Below are positions 1-11,500 of a DNA stretch of 64,000 nucleotides, piece by piece. Within the stretch, counting starts at the first letter, position 1, and every line of letters begins with the position of its first letter. The DNA comes from Macrostomum lignano (lineage: Eukaryota), in contig NIVC01002115.1 of assembly GCA_002269645.1 (NCBI GenBank), forward strand, positions 62,001-126,000, in the 5' to 3' direction. The notes below the pieces were generated by a model. That model was not told the DNA's origin. It saw only the letters and a program-made list of their open reading frames with translations, and searched no databases. The translations under genes and the position numbers were made by a program.

Positions 1-39
1 CAAGCGTAATGCACATTCGTTATTATAGACTAAACTGAC

Positions 40-95
40 ATCTATCTATCTATCTATTTACCTAACTATCTATCTATGTCTATCTATCTGTCTAT

Positions 96-166
<71 letters not shown>

Positions 167-195
167 CCTACCTACCTATCTATTTATCTATCTAC

Positions 196-234
<39 letters not shown>

Positions 235-263
235 CCTACCTATCTATCTATTTATCTATCTAC

Positions 264-294
<31 letters not shown>

Positions 295-299
295 CCTAC

Positions 300-346
<47 letters not shown>

Positions 347-375
347 CCTACCTATCTATCTATTTATCTATCTAC

Positions 376-427
<52 letters not shown>

Positions 428-507
428 TTATCTATCTACCTATCTATTTATCTATCTATCTACCTATCTATCTATTTATCTATCTACTTATCTATCTATC
501 TATCTAA

Positions 508-543
<36 letters not shown>

Positions 544-553
544 TTATCTATCA
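40..553. repeat. (TATC/GATA)n microsatellite
   Basis: Near-continuous TATC tetramer with TACC/TTTA variants. Lies downstream of a minus-strand GTAAGT donor, so probably intronic. Confidence 0.97.
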
Positions 554-580
554 ACCTAAATCTTACCAAATCGCACTTAC

Positions 581-1120
581 CCGAATACATTACCAAAAAC
601 TCCAGCTCCTGATACAAAACCCTTGTCAAGCCAGCAGGAGTTGACAGAAAAAGTTTGATTAACAAAGCAAAACTTACTAGAACGCGCCGATTCACTTTTG
701 TTCCTCATTTTCCTGTTCCCAACAACAGACAGGCAGTTAGGAGGCTGAGACTCACTGTCAGAATTGAACAGCCAGGCAATGTAGTCGAAGCAATCCGCTC
801 CATCCTCGGCAACAGGCTTCGATCGTCTCCTTTGCTCAATCATCGCCGTAGGCAGGTACTCGACTCCCGGGGCTGTGCTCAATGAAGTTGAGTGCAATAA
901 ACCGCATGATGGCTTCGAGCCAGCAGCAGCAGCAGCAGCAGACGGAACACCCTCAGGCGATTCCACCAACAGAGCTGGCGGACTGGATTCCCAAGATATT
1001 AAAACGCGTTGATTCTCGGCGCCGCAGCTGCCGCAGGGACGCAGTAGGACTCGCTTCATCGGCTGATTCAAGTCGAAATCGTTGGCTGGATTTGTGAGGC
1101 GCAGGACTGAACAGCGGCTC
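581..1120 (-). CDS. Internal coding exon of an uncharacterised minus-strand gene that continues left of the window
   Basis: Acceptor ...CTGATCCGCAG| at 1121, donor GG|GTAAGT at 580. Length is 540 nt, open throughout (extends ORF 577..1071), phase 2 at both ends, and in frame with the upstream exon (AG|G = Arg: ...EQNTF-R-SRCSVLRLTNPANDFDLNQPMK...). Confidence 0.65.
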
Positions 1121-1244
1121 CTGCGGATCAGGTGGGGTGGGTGGGTGGGTAGGCACTTGGGTTAGCTTTATGGTCGCGTGTGACTGAGGAGGCACTGTCT
1201 AATTTATCTTCCTTGTGTTCTGCCTGCTCCCTCATACTAGTCTG

Positions 1245-1985
1245 CCCACTCTACCCCACCCAACCTACTCACTCTACCCAACCCAACCTACTTACTCTAC
1301 CCAACCCAACCTACTCACTCTACCCCACCCAACCTACTCACTCTACCCCACCCAACCTACTCACTCTACCCCACCCAACCTACTCACTCTACCCCACCCA
1401 ACCTACTCACTCTACCCCACCCAACCTACTCACTCTACCCCACCCAACCTACTCACTCTACCCCACCCAACCTACTCACTCTACCCCACCCAACCTACTC
1501 ACTCTACCCCACACAACCTACTCACTCTACCCCACCCAACCTACTCACTCTACCCCACCCAACCTACTCACTCTACCCCACCCAACCTACTCACTCTATC
1601 CCACCCAACCTACTCACTCTACCCCACCCAACCTACTCACTCTACCCCACCCAACCTACTCACTCTATCCCACCCAACCTACTCACTCTACCCCACCCAA
1701 CCTACTCACTCTACCCCACCCAACCTACTCACTCTACCCCACCCAACCTACTCACTCTACCCCACCCAACCTACTCACTCTACCCACCCAACCTACTCAC
1801 TCTACCCCACCCAACCTACTCACTCTACCCACCCAACCTACTCACTCTACCCACCCAACCTACTCACTCTACCCACCCAACCTACTCACTCTACCCCACC
1901 CAACCTACTCACTCTACCCCACACAACCTACTCACTCTACCCCACCCAACCTACTCACTCTTCCCCACCCAACCTACTCACTCAG
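1245..1985. repeat. 23-bp minisatellite (CTACCCCACCCAACCTACTCACT)
   Basis: About 32 tandem units filling the 1121-2068 intron. Explains ORFs 1180..2004 and 1215..2042. Confidence 0.95.
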
Positions 1986-2068
1986 TCCACTCCCACCCCA
2001 ATAATTTCCCCGCACTCTCCTCACCCTAACTGCCCAGAGTGATAACAGACCCTTAAAAAACGACTCAC

Positions 2069-2832
2069 CTAAAAGTATTCTGCTCAAAGCAGACCGTACA
2101 CAACTGCTTAAAACACACTCTAGCCCTGGCGCAATAGCGAAACAGTTTACGCAAACAATTATATAATAAATTTCGCCGGCCAAGACTGGAACAATCTGCT
2201 AATAGACTAGATAACTCGTTGGTTAAGTCGGCATCCAATATAGTTAGCTCTCTATCCACGGCTGCTGACATTGCTGCGTCAAGTGTTAATCCGCGAAAAT
2301 GACAAATTCCACCGTCGCTTTTAAGACTGTCGCTAGTCGACAAACGAAACGACGCTCTCACAGAGCGCAGACAACGCTTATAAACAGACAGATGCTTGCG
2401 CAATGGGCTGTCGCCGTCTGTAACTCTACAGAACAGGCGGATAGCAGCAGCAGCAGAGGCTAACCCAGGCAATTCGGTCAGTTGCAATTTGCACCGAACG
2501 AATACATCGTCTGGTCCAATAATAACAGTCGACGTAGACGAATTCATTGTTGACGCTATTAAACACGTCACCGCGGTCGGATCAGCTGGCGGTGGCGACT
2601 GCTTGGAGGCAGCTGTAGAAGCAGCCGAGTCTGTAGATAATTCTGTATAGGATCGAGTGACAGGTCGCACAGGCCCTAACAAAGGATGCAGACAGTCTGG
2701 TCTGTTGCAAGCCTTCACGGCAACTAGCCAGCCGCATTGTAACAAGCGTACACTTGCCCTACCGCAGGTTGGACAGATCTCCGCCTCTGCACTGTCTCTG
2801 TCAGAGTGCAGCGATTGATGCTGATGTAGCAT
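2069..2832 (-). CDS. First or internal coding exon of the same uncharacterised Cys-rich protein gene
   Basis: 255-codon non-repetitive ORF whose stop lies inside a canonical donor (AG|GTGAGT at 2068). Splice phase matches exon 581-1120. No recognisable domain. The 5' boundary (ATG 2832 vs an acceptor) is uncertain. Confidence 0.6.
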
Positions 2833-3019
2833 GGATAAACTAGCTTATAATTTAGCTGCGGGATTTCAATTCAAGGGAGAATGTCTATTAATTCTTGCAG
2901 TATTAATAAGGTAGATACAATGGCTATTAGCTCAATTCCAATAAATCTTCAGACTTCTTTTACGATGCGTTTACTATGATGGAAGGGTAGTTTATCTGTC
3001 TACAAAGGGAGTCTGAGGG

Positions 3020-3965
3020 ATTTATCTGGTGACAGAGAGGCAGTGGGGTTCATCTGGTTACAGAGAGGCAGTGGGGTTTATCTGGTTACAGAGAGGCAGT
3101 GGGGTTTATCTGGTGACGGAGAGGCAGTGGGGTTTATCTGGTGACAGAGAGGCAGTGGGGTTTATCTGGTGACGGAGAGGCAGTGGGGTTTATCTGGTGA
3201 CAGAGGCAGTGGGGTTTATCTGGTTACAGATGGACAGTGGGGGTTTATCTGGTTACAGAGGCAGTGGGGGTTTATCTGGTTACAGATGGACAGTGGGGTT
3301 TATCTAGTTACAGAGGAACAGTGGGGGGTTTATCTGGTTACAGATAGACAGTGGGGTTCATCTGGTTACAGAGAGGCAGTGGGGTTCATCTGGTTACAGA
3401 GAGGCAGTGGGGTTCATCTGGTTACAGAGAGGCAGTGGGGTTTATCTGGTTACAGAGAGGCAGTGGGATTTATCTGCTTACAGAGAGGCAGTGGGGTTTA
3501 TCTGGTGACGGAGACGCAGTGGGATTTATCTGCTTACAGAGAGGCAGTGGGGTTTATCTGGTGACGGAGAGGCAGTGGGGTTTATCTGGTGACAGAGAGG
3601 CAGTGGGGTTTATCTGATGACGGAGAGGCAGTGGGGTTTATCTGGTGACAGAGGCAGTGGGGTTTATCTGGTTACAGAGAGGCAGTGGGGTTTATCTGGT
3701 TACAGAGGGACAGTGGGAGGTTATCTGGTTACAAATAGACAGTGGGGTTTATCTGGTTACAGAGAGGCAGTGGGGTTCATCTGGTTACAGATAGACAGTG
3801 GGGTTTATCTGCTTACAGAGAGGCAGTGGGGTTTATCTGGTTACAGAGAGGCAGTGGGGTTCATCTGGTTACAGAGAGGCAGTGGGGTTCATCTGGTTAC
3901 AGATAGACAATGGGGGTTTATCTGGTTACAGAGGGACAGTGGGAGGTTATCTGGTTATAGATAGA
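3020..3965. repeat. 28-bp minisatellite (ACAGAGAGGCAGTGGGGTTTATCTGGTT)
   Basis: Tandem units at 28-bp spacing with minor variants. Confidence 0.95.
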
Positions 3966-4689
3966 CAGGGAGTGGTTCTATTTTTATAGGACTTCAAAAA
4001 TTGATAAAGAAATGTGCAACCCACAGCACTTGTCAGTCCATCTCTTTGACCAGAAGCACAACTGCATCACTGATATAGATGTAGCAGTTTTGGCAGCAGT
4101 GGCAGTTAGAATGCATCAGTCTTGGTAGTAAGCTTGTATGCTAAATAAGGTAGCATAATATAAGTTATTGACAATTGAAAAATTAAAATATATGTACCTT
4201 AAAGGATATAATTATATAACTATAAGTAATTAAACCCACCTTGTTTATGATACACAAAGCTTCATCACTGCAGGGCAATCTACCCAATAAAGGGTAATTG
4301 CAGACAAAGCCAAAGTGTTATTAATACTGTTTTTTCAATCTAAAAATAAAAATCAATATGGCCACAATTAAAACATGTAATGACAAGGATAGGACTCAGG
4401 AATAGTCTAATACTAGCAATCTAGTGCGACCCCCTTCGGGCGCCCAATAAGAAAGGAGCAAAATTAGTTCATGGAAAACAATAAAAAAGCACATTTTCTT
4501 AAACACCAATTCCTTCTTCACTTTTAAAAATCACCTTATTCGTGTAAAATTGTCATGGACAAAGATGTTTGCAAAGTGAAAGAATTACTTTTTCTCTAAA
4601 ATTAACAAACAGGCAACAAAATATAGCTTCGCCTAAATAGAAAATATTCCCAAGACAGCAAGCACCCCCCTCTAAAAGTAAACAACCAC

Positions 4690-5515
4690 AGATAGCAAGC
4701 ATTCTCTAGTGCTCATAGCAAGCATCTGCAGATAGAAAGCATCTGCAGATAGGAAGCATCCCCCAGATAGCAAGCATCACCCCAGATAGCAAGCATCTGC
4801 AGACAGCAGCAAGCATCCCCCAGATATTGTTGAAGCATCCACCCAGATAGCAAGCATTCTGCAGATAGCAAGCATCCCCCAGATATTGTTGAAGCATCCA
4901 CCCAGATAGCAAGCATCCTGCAGATAGCAAGCATCCTGCAGATAGCAAGCATCCCCCAGATATTGTTGAAGCATCCACCCAGATAGCAAGCATCCTGCAG
5001 ATAGCAAGCACCCCCCAGATATTTTGGAAGCATCCTGCAGATAGCAAGCACCACCCAGATATTATAGAAGCATCCTGCAGATAGCAAGCGCCCCAAGTAA
5101 TTATTTAAGCATCCACCCAGATAGCAAGCATCCTGCAGATAGCAAGCATCCCCCAGATATTGTTGAAGCATCCACCCAAATAGCAAGCACCCCCCCCCCC
5201 CCAGATAGAAGCATCCACCCAGATAGCAAGCACCCCCCCCCAGATAGAAGCATCCACCCAGATAGCAAGCATCCTGCAGAAAGCAAGCACCCCCAGATAT
5301 TATAGAAGCATCCTGCAGATAGCAAGCACCCCAAGATATTATAAAAGCATCCACCCAGATAGCAAGCATCCTGCAGATAGCAAGAATCCCTAAATAGCAA
5401 GCATCCCTAGATAGAAATAATCCCATACATGTAGCCAGTATACCCCCACCCTCCCAAATAGCAAGTATCCCCCTCGAGAGCAAGCATCCTCCAGATAGCA
5501 AGCATCCACGAGACA
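4690..5515. repeat. Degenerate ~18-bp minisatellite (GATAGCAAGCATCC core)
   Basis: Recurrent CAGATAGCAAGCATC motif with alternating variants. Confidence 0.9.
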
Positions 5516-6414
5516 GCAAGTAGCTAGTGCAAATGTTACCTCCACTAAAGCAATAATCGCTTTCTCAGGTTGTGCAACAATCCACATCTCAGCGAGCGCA
5601 ATAGTCTCTTTTTTAGACAGCGCAATAGTCAGCTTCTCAGCTAAGTGCAATAATCCTTTACTCATCAAGTCCAAAAATCGATGTCTGGGATAGTGCAATA
5701 GCCCTTTCTAATCTAGTGCAATATTCCTTATTATCAAAGCGCAATAATCCTTGGCTTATCAAGTGCAATATTCTTTACTATCAAGTGCAATAATACATGG
5801 CTTATCAAGCGCAGTAATCATTGGTTTATCAAGTGCAATAATCCTTGGTTTATTAAGTGCAGTAATCCTTGGCTTATCAAGTTCAATAATCCTTGGCTTA
5901 TCAAGTGCAATATCCTTGGTTTATCAAGTGCAATAGTCCTTGGCTTATCAAGTGCAATAATCCTTGGTTTATCAAGTGCAGTAATCCTTGGTTTATCAAG
6001 TGCAATAATCCTTGGTTTATCTAGCGCCATAATCCAGGTCTTTTTAATCCTTTGTTTATCAAGTGCAATAATCCTTGGCTTATCAGGTGCAAAAATCCAT
6101 GGCTTATCAAGTGCAAAAGTCCTTGGTTTATCAAGCGCAGTAATCCTTGGTTTATCAAGTGCAATAATCCTTGGTTTATCAAGCGCAGTAATCCTTGGCT
6201 TATCAAGTGCAATAATCCTTGGCTTATCAGGTGCAATAATCCTTGGCTTATCAGGTGCAATAATCCTTGGTTTATCAAGTGCAATAATCCTTGGTTTATC
6301 TAGCGCCATAATCCAGGTTTTTTAAATCCTGTTTATCAAGTGCAATAATCCTTGGCTTAAAAGTGCAATAATCATTGGCTAATCAAGTGCAATAATCCTT
6401 GGCTTATCAAGTAC

Positions 6415-6586
6415 CATACATGCGCAACCTTGGGAATCACCCGGCCGTTTCTATTGGCAACACACACATGTAAGTCGCTATTGGCTGAGAGCAGTCACGT
6501 GACTACTATTCTGTCCAATAGCGACTTATGTGTGTGTGTTGCCAATAGAAACGGCCGGGTGAATCCTTAGGTTGCGCCCAAGCATG
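6415..6586. mobile_element. 172-bp palindromic MITE, hAT-like (8-bp TSD), copy 1
   Basis: Flanked by direct repeat TCAAGTAC (6407-6414 and 6587-6594). CAT...ATG termini, near-perfect inverted arms of about 65 bp around a central AGTCACGTGACT. Confidence 0.8.
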
Positions 6587-7101
6587 TCAAGTACAATAAT
6601 CCTTGGTTTATCAAGTGCAATAGTCCTTGGCTTATCAGGTGCAATAATCCTTGGTTTATCAAGTGCAATAATCTTTGGTTTATCTAGCGCCATAATCCAG
6701 GTCTTTTTAATCCTTTGTTTATCAAGTGCAATAATCCTTGGCTTATCAGGTGCAATAATCATTGGCTAATCGAGTGCAATAATCCTTGGCTTATCAAGTA
6801 CAATAATCCTTGGTTTATCAAGCGCAGTAATCCTTGGTTTATCAAGTGCAATAATCCTTGGTTTATCAAGCGCAGTAATCCTTGGCTTATCAAGTGCAAT
6901 AATCCTTGGCTTATCAGGTGCAATAATCCTTGGCTTATCAGGTGCAATAATCCTTGGTTTATCAAGTGCAATAATCCTTGGTTTATCTAGCGCCATAATC
7001 CAGGTTTTTTTAATCCTGTTTATCAAGTGCAATAATCCTTGGCTTAAAAGTGCAATAATCATTGGCTAATCAAGTGCAATAATCCTTGGCTTATCAAGTA
7101 C

Positions 7102-7273
7102 CATACATGCGCAACCTTGGGAATCACCCAGCCGTCTCTATTGGCAACACACACATGTAAGTCGCTATTGGCTGAGAGCAGTCACGTGACTACTATTCTG
7201 TCCAATAGCGACTTACGTGTGTGTGCTGCCAATAGAAACGGCCGGGCGAATCCCTAGGTTGCGCCCAAGCATG
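7102..7273. mobile_element. 172-bp palindromic MITE, copy 2
   Basis: Same element and same TSD with a few substitutions, duplicated together with the surrounding satellite. Confidence 0.8.
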
Positions 7274-8463
7274 TCAAGTACAATAATCCTTGGTTTATCA
7301 AGTGCAATAGTCCTTGGCTTATCAGGTGCAATAATCCTTGGTTTATCAAGTGCAATAATCTTTGGTTTATCTAGCGCCATAATCCAGGTCTTTTTAATCC
7401 TTTGTTTATCAAGTGCAATAATCCTTGGCTTATCAGGTGCAATAATCATTGGCTAATCGAGTGCAATAATCCTTGGCTTATCAAGTACAATAATCCTTGG
7501 TTTATCAAGTGCAATAGTCCTTGGTTTATCAAGTGCAATAATCCTTGGCTTATCAAGTACAATAATCCTTGGTTTATCAAGTGCAATAGTCCTTGGCTTA
7601 TCAAGTGCAATAATCCTTGGCTTATCAAGTGCAATAATCCTTGGTTTATCAAGTGCAGTAATCCTTGGTTTATCAAGCGCAATAATCCTTGGCTTAAAAG
7701 AGCAATAATCATTGGCTAATCGAGTGCAATAATCATTGGCTTATCAAGTACAATAATCCTTGGTTTATCAAGTGCAATAGTCCTTGGTTTATCAAGTGCA
7801 ATAATCCTTGGCTTATCAAGTACAATAATCCTTGGTTTATCAAGTGCAATAGTCCTTGGCTTATCAAGTGCAATAATCCTTGGCTTATCAAGTGCAATAA
7901 TCCTTGGTTTATCAAGTGCAGTAATCCTTGGTTTATCAAGTGCAATAATCCTTGGTTTATCTAGCGCCATAATCCAGGTCTTTTTAATCCTTTGTTTATC
8001 AAGTGCAATAATCCTTGGCTTATCAGGTGCAAAAATCCTTGGCTTATCAAGTGCAAAAGTCCTTGGTTTATCAAGTGCAATAATCCTTGGTTTATCAAGT
8101 GCAGTAATCCTTGGTTTATCAAGTGCAATAATCCTTGGTTTATCTAGTGCCATAATCCAGGTCTTTTTAATCCTTTGTTTATCAAGTGCAATAATCCTTG
8201 GCTTATCAGTTGCAATAATCCTTGGCTTATCAAGTGCAATAATCCTTGGCTTATCAAGTGCAATAGTCCTTGGCTTATCAGGTGCAATAATCCTTGGCTT
8301 ATCAAGTGCAATAATCCTTGGCCTATCAAGTGCAATAATCCTTGGTTTATCAAGCGCAGTAATCCTTGGTTTATCTAGCGCCATAATCCAGGTCTTTTTC
8401 ATTAGTCTTTTAATAAAGGCTTTCAATGAAAAAAATTATGCTACTTTTTTTTTCATACACTAC

Positions 8464-8520
8464 TAAGATTCGAACCCAGGTTGCTGCATTAGCAGTCCAG
8501 TGTGTTCACATCTAGGCTAG
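8464..8520 (-). mobile_element. tRNA-derived SINE head remnant
   Basis: Minus strand TAGCCTAGATGT (A-box-like) ... GGGTTCGAATC (B box). No full cloverleaf. Confidence 0.35.
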
Positions 8521-11500
8521 CTCTTATTGAAATTATAAATGAATTTGTAGCACTTATTTAATTCAACACTCACACCAAGTCAATTGAGTATAAGTCACAC
8601 GAAGCAGTTATGACATAATCAATTTCTTAGGCAAGTCAGTACCAGTTTCTATTAAAGTTAGCAATATGGTTATGCAATATAAATCAAGTATTATGCTAGG
8701 CTTCCACACTGCATTTTCAATACTGTGATGCAATTCAATTCAGTGTCAAAATTCAGCCAGTACATAGAGTGAATAAATAAAAAGCCTGATGTGATACAAT
8801 CTATTTCAGAATCAGAATTCAACCAGTCAATTTTTTCTCTAGCATTCTTACAATGCATTTCAAGTCGAAAAGTTTGCTTGACCTTTGCAAAAAAGCATGT
8901 TTTTTGAATATTTAATCCTTTTAGCATTGATCAATTTCTTAGCCAAGACACATGTACCGTCACAGGAAAATTTCTGATCGAACAGTGCAAGTTCAAAGAA
9001 AATCGGTTGAGCCTTTTGGGAGATAATCGATTTTGTACAAACATACAAGATTTTCATTTTTAGTATATGGAAATACATTGAAATAGACTTATTATTTATG
9101 CAAAAAATGATTTACAATTTAAAAACTTGCATTAAAATTTGTCTTTTTTAGTTATTTAGCATTAGGCTTTTTTCTGATTGCTTTGTATTTCTAGAGCCAT
9201 TTAAACGTTAGACAAAAGAAACTTTCTAAGATCTTATTTAATTTATAGACCTTACCTTAAATAAAATTAAACCTTCACCTTTAAATTCAATTAAACAAAA
9301 ATAAAAATTGCCATAAAAACAAAAGATTGCCTATGCCATCGCCAATGCCAATTAGAATAATAAAAAAATTTCTGACCTAGGCTAAATTATCTAAATATAG
9401 TTTTTTATCTTACCTTTTATAAAAAAAATATAAACAAAATATTTGTAAATCTAATTTATTAAAGTATACATTATCTTTTTATATTATATTTCCAACTATC
9501 CATCCTTTTTGCTAATAATATAATAGCCAAATTTCTATTACTGAAAAGTTTATCTTATTTGTCCTTAAACTATTGCCAAAGTCAAGACAAAGTGACGTGA
9601 CTAGTAGTAGTACTAGTACCTACCTCACCTGCTCACAACCCAAATAAGTTTCATTAGTATTAGTTGACAATTAAAATAATTTATGGCATTGCTATTATTG
9701 TCATGTAAAACTTAATAATCTATCTATTGAATATGCAATTTACAATACTCACTATTAACTAAATACATAGCCAGAAAGTTAGAAACAGCAAATTTTCTAT
9801 ATTAAAAAGTTAAATAGCCTCATTTTATTATTAGAAAGATATTTGAGCACTTCAAAAAGGTAAAAATGTATAGGCATATTGCCATAGTATGGAATGTACC
9901 AGGGCAATACAATAGACAGAAGTTTGTACCATGACATCTGATCTGAGAGGGATAGCTGCAGCTGCAGTATCGCGATCATCGCGGCCGGATCGCGCTGCAG
10001 GGTAAATCTCAAATTGAAATATACGTAAGTTATAAACAAATTTTTTCTTTCAGCATGAATTTAATTGTTAAACCAGAAGTATTTGTACATAAATTTAACT
10101 TTTATTTATAAAAAACTGATTGAAAAATGTGTCTTTAAACTTTTAGCCAGAGCTTATGCTTTTATCGTGGCGATAGCGACCGAAAACGTATTTTTCTGAC
10201 TTGTACTTTAAGTACGTTTTTTTGTTTCATAACGCTCTTTTGTGTACGTGTACTATTTTTGTCTATGGGACAATGACTGAAAATATAGGGGAAAACCTTT
10301 ATCTGTGAGCTTGTGGATATTTTACGGCTGTGTTTTCAATATTTATGAACTTATTTAGCTCTGTCTTAATTGCATGACACTTGTCTACTGTTGAAAAATT
10401 CCTGTAAGGTGTAGGTTTTCTGATAAACAACGCCAAACATTTTGATCTTTAGTGATTAATTCTTTCAGAGACATTTTAAATATTGTTATTTTGTTTTATT
10501 TGCGACTGTCAATGCATTGTTACTTACTTATGCCTATTGATGTTGCATTTTGACTTTTTTCATGAGCACAAAATTTCCTGTAAGGTGTAAGTTTACTCAG
10601 CTCATAAGCATGTAAATGTTCCCAAAACTTGTTATTATGTAGAAAAATACTAAACAAAGAGTAGTTTTTTATTGCATGTTCTTGTGATTTTACTAAAGAA
10701 GTATAGACCTTATTAAGTTCATTATATGGGTTTTTACCATTTATAGCCAACTAACATACTTAAGTAAGCAGTTTGTTTATTTTTGTATGAAAATCTTTGA
10801 TGAATTCGCTTGTAATGATATTCAATTTTGATCTTATGTGTATATTTTGAGCTCTAATGTTTGGTAATCCATAGAAATATTCTAATTTGTTTTTGCCAAT
10901 GTATTTAATATATTCCTCTAATGTTATCATATTTGAATGCCTATTTGGGCTAGCAAAAGACAATAGGTATGGCAGGAACAGGAACCCTTAGAAACAGATT
11001 GCATGGTTAGGAGAAAGCAAAAAGAATCCTGGTATTGCATACTTTTATTGTATTTAATGACACCTTAGAAAGCCTTTTTACTCATAATTAGGAAGCACAA
11101 TCTATCTACTTCTATTTGTATTTATATCTCAATATCTGTGTGTAGCAGTATATGTTTACCTTGCAATTTGAATGCCATATCTATTATTTCTATTTAGTCA
11201 TTTTCAATTGTACTCTGCTATCTTGGTATTCATTTACAAAAATACAAAGTGAGAGTCTATCTGTCTATTTGTAAATTTTGGCAATTTTCAATGTAGACAT
11301 TCCTAAAATTACTACAGTTATTTTCTTTAAATTGATACCAGATAACATTAAGATGATAATACCTCATTCTTATATGGTTTCTATTTTCTACAATACACAA
11401 ATTTACTTCAAAATTCATTTCTTGTCTGGAATAAAAGTGGATATTGCATGATAATAGAATATATTTATATGTATCTCTATAGTACAGTGCAAGAAGGGAG

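Larger units (their letters stand above)
5690..8395. repeat. 24-bp satellite (ATCAAGTGCAATAATCCTTGGTTT) with a 687-bp higher-order duplication
   Basis: About 95 units (translates as ALDKPRII repeats), interrupted twice by the same 172-bp insert 687 bp apart. Confidence 0.95.

Noticed and set aside
882-1097. Plus-strand polyQ ORF
   Set aside because: It is antisense to the phase-consistent minus-strand exon, where the CAG run reads as poly-Ala.
5690-8395. CRISPR-like appearance (24-bp repeats with inserts)
   Set aside because: Repeats are contiguous without unique spacers, the two inserts are copies of one MITE, there are no cas genes, and the context is eukaryotic.
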